Source of the DNA: Eledone cirrhosa
Taxonomy: Eukaryota
Assembly (NCBI GenBank): GCA_964016885.1
Contig: OZ024746.1
Location: forward strand, 33,852,001 to 33,916,000
Reading direction: 5' to 3'
DNA: 64,000 nt
Shown: one piece after another, positions 57,893 to 64,000 of the stretch
How positions within the stretch are numbered: the first letter of the stretch is position 1
Layout of the letters: the number at the start of each line of letters is the position of its first letter
Notes under the pieces: generated by a model
Told to the model about the DNA's origin: nothing
Database searches by the model: none
What the model saw: only the letters and a program-made list of their open reading frames with translations
Made by a program: the position numbers and the translations under genes

Positions 57893-58860
57893 TAGATAGA
57901 TAGATAGATGATATATGTATATATATATATGTGTGTATGCCTGTGTGTATGTTTCCTGATGATCTCCTTCGAATGAAACTGTTCTAGAACTGTAGAAGCC
58001 ATTTCTATATTAAATATATATATATACGGCTGATTTCCACACATGTTATATCTGACAATTTGTACACACTATGCATTACCTAGCCTGAGGATATGTGTGA
58101 AGAGCTGTGCCCATAGTCCCTATTTACATTCATTTCTCCCATTCCAGTCCATGGTAGTAATTAAGCAAGAATATTTGCACAGACTCTGCATATTTGAGAT
58201 GACCTATTGGCAACATAAATAAATACATACATACCACCATACATACATGTATATATATTCATATATTACTGTACACATACGCACCTACACACGCATTAAC
58301 GCACACACACACACGCACACACACATAGATGTAGATAGACATGAATGTGGGAGTCTTTATATGATGTATGCTTGCGTGTGTGTTTAAGAGTTTCATGTCT
58401 ACATCCTTTAGAGAAATTCAAATATTTGTTAACAATAATTGTTGAGGGACACATTATAGACTTTTATGATTATAGCTGTTGGCGAATGCTAATCACGTGC
58501 ATTATGATGCGAGCCCGCCATACACACATACTGTCAAACAGGTACACGCACACATGCATATATATATATATATATATATATAAGATCAACACTACTGTGT
58601 TTTTTTTTGCAAAATGACAATAATCTTTTTTAGCCAGATAGAAATACTTTAATTCAAGTACATATAGTCCGTCTGTATCGATCTAGAGAATATTAAATAT
58701 TAAATCTATACTTACAGACGTAAAATGGCAACTGCCTGGTGCCTAGACAAGTTTAAATTTCAAAATTCAAACCTTTTCAGCAGATTGTGCGGAACTTCAA
58801 AACATAAACCTGTTTCACAAAATTATAATGTAATGCTCAGAAGTATTTTCTTAGAGCTTA

Positions 58861-58950
58861 ATATTTGTAACTGACTACTAAACTGAAATATATATAAATA
58901 TATATATGTATATATATATATATTTCAGTTTAGTAGTCAGTTACAAATAT
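58861..58950. repeat. ~30-bp inverted repeat around an (AT)n core
   Basis: atatttgtaactgactactaaactgaaata / tatttcagtttagtagtcagttacaaatat. Confidence 0.92.
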
Positions 58951-58969
58951 ATATATGTATATATATATA

Positions 58970-59175
58970 AATTTATTAAAATAACAGATTAAAGTTTAAG
59001 CAAATAATCGTTGCTTTCCCACTTAACGGGATCTTCTGAAACTAAACAAAATCAATCTGTGAACGCAGAAGTAAATATTTCGAAAAATGTTGTAACTGAA
59101 GGAAAACAGGAAGACGATACTTTGCTTCGTGAGGACGTTCCCTGGCAATGAACGGAAAACCGATGATAATACGTC
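58970..59175 (-). mobile_element. Family-A Penelope pLTR with CAGAAGA hammerhead (58993-59043)
   Basis: Reverse complement aligns to ~27740-27920. Confidence 0.85.
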
Positions 59176-59186
59176 ATTATATATAT

Positions 59187-59782
59187 AGTTGGTGCTACTG
59201 GTAACATGTATCCCAGTACAACCTGTTTCATGGTCGGGTCGTTGGCGACTAAACTGGCAACCCCACCAAGGTTTCTTGGTGAGGAGGGTGACTTTGGACA
59301 TCCTGCAGGACTAAAAACAAAACCTGTCAAAGGGCAAAGGAGCTCTTAAGAGTCAATGGCCATCCAAAATCACCGGGAGAGATGACCCCTTAGCCTTTGT
59401 CAAGGCAGAATTCTAGGAGAAGGAAAACTCTGATATAACACCTGCAACCCTGATGGTATCCAATGATGTTGACTTGTTCTACTTTTTGGTAAATATCATC
59501 TTGGTTAAGAGAGTGGGACTGGCTCTGTGCAATGCCTTTGCTCACTATAAAAGCTTCATGGCACAGGCATTGCTTTATATCTGGAGATCTCTGCACTTGT
59601 CACATGGTACTATGGGCCCAGCACTATGTGTCAATAATTGTCACAAGTGTAGTGTTTGTACCAGAGTTATCAAGTCGCTGGCTGGACTCAAAAGTCACAC
59701 TCGTTCAGCGCATCGGTAGGGGTTCTCCTACATGGATATAAAGTAGTGGCCGTACTCGAAAACGAGTTGGCAGCCACCATAT
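59187..59782 (+). mobile_element. Internally deleted (bipartite) RTE-derived element
   Basis: RTE-type 5' motif tctaggagaaggaaaactctga joined to C-terminal CSVCTRVIKSLAGLKSHTRSAHR* and a short 3'UTR. Confidence 0.65.
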
Positions 59783-59944
59783 ATATATATATATACAGTA
59801 TTTACGTATCGAGAGAGAGAAAAAAAGGAGAGGATAGGTGATACATATAGTGATTTGCCAAGTAGCGTATGCCAAAGGTGCTCGATACTAGTGCCGGCAC
59901 TATTAAATATTCGAAGTGTTAATATTTAGTGGGCTACAGAATAT

Positions 59945-60076
59945 ATATTTATGTATGTAGTAATAATAATAAATGTGAAGACTAAAACCGAAGAGGGATC
60001 GATAAGGATTATACATATACAAATATATATATAGACATATACATATATCGAAAAAAAGACAGAGAGAGAAGGTGAG

Positions 60077-60145
<69 letters not shown>

Positions 60146-60172
60146 GACAGATTTAGGTCGTTTAAGCAATAC
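59945..60172 (-). mobile_element. Diverged family-A pLTR end and tail, split by microsatellite
   Basis: Reverse complement contains atccttatcgatccctcttcggttttagtcttcacatttattatt (compare 27955-27995). Confidence 0.65.
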
Positions 60173-60814
60173 TCGACTGGTATATTCGTCATTTTTTATT
60201 TTTTATATTAAATTACTTTTCTGCTATTATACATTTGATTAGTCTGAGACTTATTAAAGATATTACTTTATTTATATTTATATGCGTCACTAAATTAAAT
60301 TCAAAACAGTCTTGTCCATTGAGATGTTAAGTACATTACTGACACATTTTTTAATATATATATACGTGTATATTGGCTACGTTTTAAATGTTGAGTTTTT
60401 AGAAAGTTATAATTGACGGCTATTTCAATTAACAATTTTATACTTGTCAACAAATCTGAAATGTACAAATATTTACATTGTTGTTAATTCTAACCTAGTG
60501 TACAGTATTGTACATCTTGTTGGATTGTTTGGCCGAACGTAATGTTCAGCAACAGGTAAATGTATCTTCTTTTTTATAATAATAAGCAGAACCCTCTCCG
60601 ATGATTGGCAAGTGCTATTGGAACGAGCTATCTTGATTAATTAAAATAGTCAATTGTGTTCTTTTTGTTCGATAAGCTGCATTTTCCTATTTCATGTCTA
60701 TACACTTTACATGGAATATTATCTTTTTTGTTTCTGTTGGCCAAATATCATTTCACGAATTTTTTTCATGAAACATTTTGCTTTCTTTACTATATTTACT
60801 ATATCTATATACTA

Positions 60815-61433
60815 CTAGCAGTGGTACCCGGCGTTGCACGGGTTAAGGTATTTTGGAACGCGGGCCGCCAACAGACCTAATCGTGGAAAAACTGCATGCC
60901 TGGACAATATGTAAAGAAAATAAACCGAATACTCTGATGGTTGGATAATCTTTAAGATTATCCTCGATGAAGCAGGAAAAATGCAAGTTTCCACCTAATA
61001 CCTAGGAGATCAAGAAAATGAATTTTGTTATGTGCATAGTATGCCTTGAAATTACAGGAAAATCGGTTAGACGTAACGCCTCAAAAAAGTCATAAAAAGC
61101 TGAAAAAATGAAGTTTTTCACCTAATGCGGGCCCAAGGCCATAAAAAAGTTGGATTTTCTTTGCTCACGGTATGAAGAAGAGACTGACTAAAACATAGTT
61201 ACAAATTGAAGGAAATCGGTCTGACGTAACACCTCAAAAAACCCCTAAAATGTGAAAAAACACAGTTTTTCCCCTAATGCGGGCTCTAGGGGATCAAAAA
61301 GTTGAATTTTATGTCCCTGAAACATAAGTAATACACATGTAAAGTTTGAAAAAGATCGGTAGGGTACTTCTCGAGTTTTAGAGATTCAAACTCTGAGACA
61401 CACAGACAGACATCCCAGTTTTATATATATAGA
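60815..61433 (-). mobile_element. Non-autonomous Helitron
   Basis: Minus strand reads A|TCTATATATATAAAA ... hairpin CCCGTGCAACGCCGGG, 8 nt, CTAG|T. No TSD. Internal ~150-bp subrepeat. Confidence 0.88.
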
Positions 61434-61529
61434 TATTTATTTACTATATTTCTTTACCATATTACTAACATGTGCGCTTGTTGTCTTCAGTGCAATATGT
61501 TGATGTTGTATGTGGTGGTTGGAGGAAGT

Positions 61530-61830
61530 TGATTTTCTCTGGTGTTGCTGTTAAGAAAAAGGACAGTTATTTTTTTGCTGTTATTTTATATAAGTTGATA
61601 TGACACCATTTTCTGCTGTCGCTGTTAAGACAAAATACAATAGTCTTGTTTTGCTACTTTAAAATTCAACCACATTTCACTTGGTGTGGCGATTAAGAAA
61701 AGATACGATAGATTCGTTGCTACTAATTTAACCATGGTGATGTGATCCACATTTCTCTGGGGTTACTGGTATGAAAGAATGCAATAGTTTTGTTGGTACT
61801 ACTGTAAAGCTGTTGTTATGAATCTGATTT
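61530..61830. repeat. Degenerate ~70-78-bp tandem repeat (~4 units)
   Basis: Recurring tttc..tggtgt.gc.gttaaga.aa.a..caatag..ttg..gcta. Confidence 0.55.
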
Positions 61831-62345
61831 CTATGTAATTCATGCAACGTTGGAATAGTTATACAACTGTGTCTGGAAAATAGTTGAAGATATCAATGTG
61901 ATATCATCTTTGTATGGAGTTGTCCGTATATTTTCAGCGAGTAAAGAGAATATAAATATTAGTTGAAAGGAAGTTATTTTACAAGGTACGTGAAATTGCA
62001 AGTTGTTGAAATATTAGTAGAGGAAGTGGGTTTATGTATACTGTATCTTCATTTTGCTTCAGTTTTGTATAGATTTTGCCTATAATGAATTTACGATTCT
62101 TAGACGTTTCTGGTGGTGATATTTAATTATATTCCTTATATATGTTTGCCAGAATATTTCCATCTTATCATCTGTCATTTCATGAGATTGCTAACCAATA
62201 TAGCTAACCAATATTGCAAAATTTAAAGAAAATAAAGAAAGGAAACATGGTTTATTACATAACATAATAAATCTTATATTAATTTAATATTAGTAGAGTT
62301 TTACATACACAAACTTTACGTAATATTATCCGTCTTATAATAATT

Positions 62346-63095
62346 TAATATCGTCGTCTAACACAAAAACAATTGTGCGAGTATTGATAACATTAATAAG
62401 AGTACTGAGGGGAAAATGGTCAACCAAATAATATCGGCGTCAAACACAGCCAAAATAGTGCGAGCATTGATAACATTAATAAGAGTACTGACGGGAAAAT
62501 GGTCAACCACATAATAACGGCGTCAAACACAACCAAAATAGTGCGAGTATTGATAAAATTAGTAAGAGTACTGAGGGGAAAATGGTCAACCAAATAATAT
62601 CGGCGTCAAACACAGCCAAAATAGTGCCAGTATTGATAAAATTATTAAGAGTACTGACGGCAAAATGGCCAACCAAGTAATATCGGATATCGGCGTCAAA
62701 CACAACCAAAATAGTGCGAGTATTGATAAAATTAGTAATAGTACTGAGGGGAAATTGGTCAACCAAATAATATCGGCGTGAAACACAGCCAAAATAGTGC
62801 CAGTATTGATAACATTTTTAAGAGTACTGAGGGGAAAATGGTCAACCAAATAATATCGGCGTCAAACATAGCCAAAATAGTGCGAGCATTGATAAAATTA
62901 GTAGGATTTGTGGTGAAAATCGTCAACCAAATAATATCGGCGTCAAACACAGCCAAAATAGTGCGAGTATTGATAAAATTAGTAAGATTACTGACGGGAA
63001 AATGGTCAACCAAATAATATCGTCGTCAAACAGCCAAAATAGTGCCAGTATTGTTAAAATTAATAAGATCACTGATGGGAAAATGGTCCACCAAA
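62346..63095. repeat. 83-bp minisatellite, ~9 units
   Basis: caacca recurs at 62421, 62504, 62587, 62670, 62760, 62843, 62923 and 63007. Confidence 0.95.
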
Positions 63096-63334
63096 TGCAA
63101 TTTCCCCGTTGGAATCCTGAAATTTCTCTAAGGAAAATAATTACAGATTTATTCTAAACTGTATTAAACAACAACAACAGATGCAGTAGTAGCAACATCT
63201 ACAAAAACAATATCAACCGAACAGGAGCTCAGCCACAGCAACAGCATCAACAGTGAAGTATTTAGTTTTTATTAAGTAAAGAAAATACTAAGATTTAGGA
63301 TATCAATTGTAGAACATCATATCTACCTACATTA

Positions 63335-63505
63335 TTCTTGGCAGTATCGGTAGAGCATCAGGCGCCATGCATTGCAACACAGATTTATGGCACTTTAAGT
63401 TCTAAGTTCAAATTCCGCCGAGGTTAACTTAGCCTTTCATCCTTAAAACACCAGTAATGTACTGGGTAATTGCTGGCCTTGACCCAAACGTAGAAACAAT
63501 TATTC
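63335..63505 (+). mobile_element. Octopod-type SINE
   Basis: gttctaagttcaaattccgccgaggttaacttagcctttcatcctt...ttgctggccttg..tagaaacaatt. Confidence 0.8.
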
Positions 63506-64000
63506 ATATATGTATGACTGTTAATTAATGGATAGAATTCAATTTCTTATAAAATTAAAACCCATTTCTGCGATTAAAACTTTAAAATTAATTCTCATAT
63601 ATAACGCAAACTACCGGTAGATTCTATAGGTATGATGAGGATGAATTAAGATGTTTACTCAAAATTAGGTATTGTGAAAACGCATGATTGAGTGAACCAA
63701 ATAAGATGGTTGAGTAAATCTCTGCTAGTGGGTAGTGAAAATATAGTTAGTGGTCAACGGCTGATGATGATGATGATGAAGGGGTGGAACTAGGAATGGA
63801 TATAAAAATTCGGTAAGTAATCGTCACCTCATCTAGAATCATTTCTCTTTGTGTATTATCCAAAATCTACTTAATGGAGAAGAATATTTTCAATCAAATA
63901 TACTGTTTGGAGCCATTACTACTTTATTTGTGTTTGATTGTAAATATGGTTCATAACTACTGTGCCTGTACCAGGTAATGTTAAGTGCCCATTTTATTTT

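Noticed and set aside
62346-63095. CRISPR array or repeat-protein gene
   Set aside because: Contiguous 83-bp units with no unique spacers, unit length not a multiple of 3, eukaryotic context

Overview
AT-rich, microsatellite-dense animal genomic DNA with no confidently identifiable host gene. The SINEs resemble octopod SINE families, so the organism is inferred to be a cephalopod. The window is dominated by retroelements. (1) About 3.9-24.9 kb is an alternating array of Tx1/L1-clade APE LINEs (+ strand) and R4/Dong-like RLE LINEs (- strand), with most junctions on (ATT/AAT)n tracts. The two full-length Tx1 copies share near-identical ORF2 but have divergent ORF1s. Both carry a 52-53 nt GT-AG intron-like spacer whose removal would fuse ORF1 to ORF2 in frame. 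(2) About 26-60 kb holds many Penelope-like (Naiad-type, GIY-YIG) insertions in (AT)n. They share an 'inverted repeat + hammerhead ribozyme + tail' architecture that includes near-perfect palindromes, non-canonical hammerhead cores, very long stem II insertions and a tandem retrozyme-like pair. RTE fragments, SINEs, a non-autonomous Helitron and an 83-bp minisatellite complete the window. All folds, alignments and identities were read by eye and are not computed.
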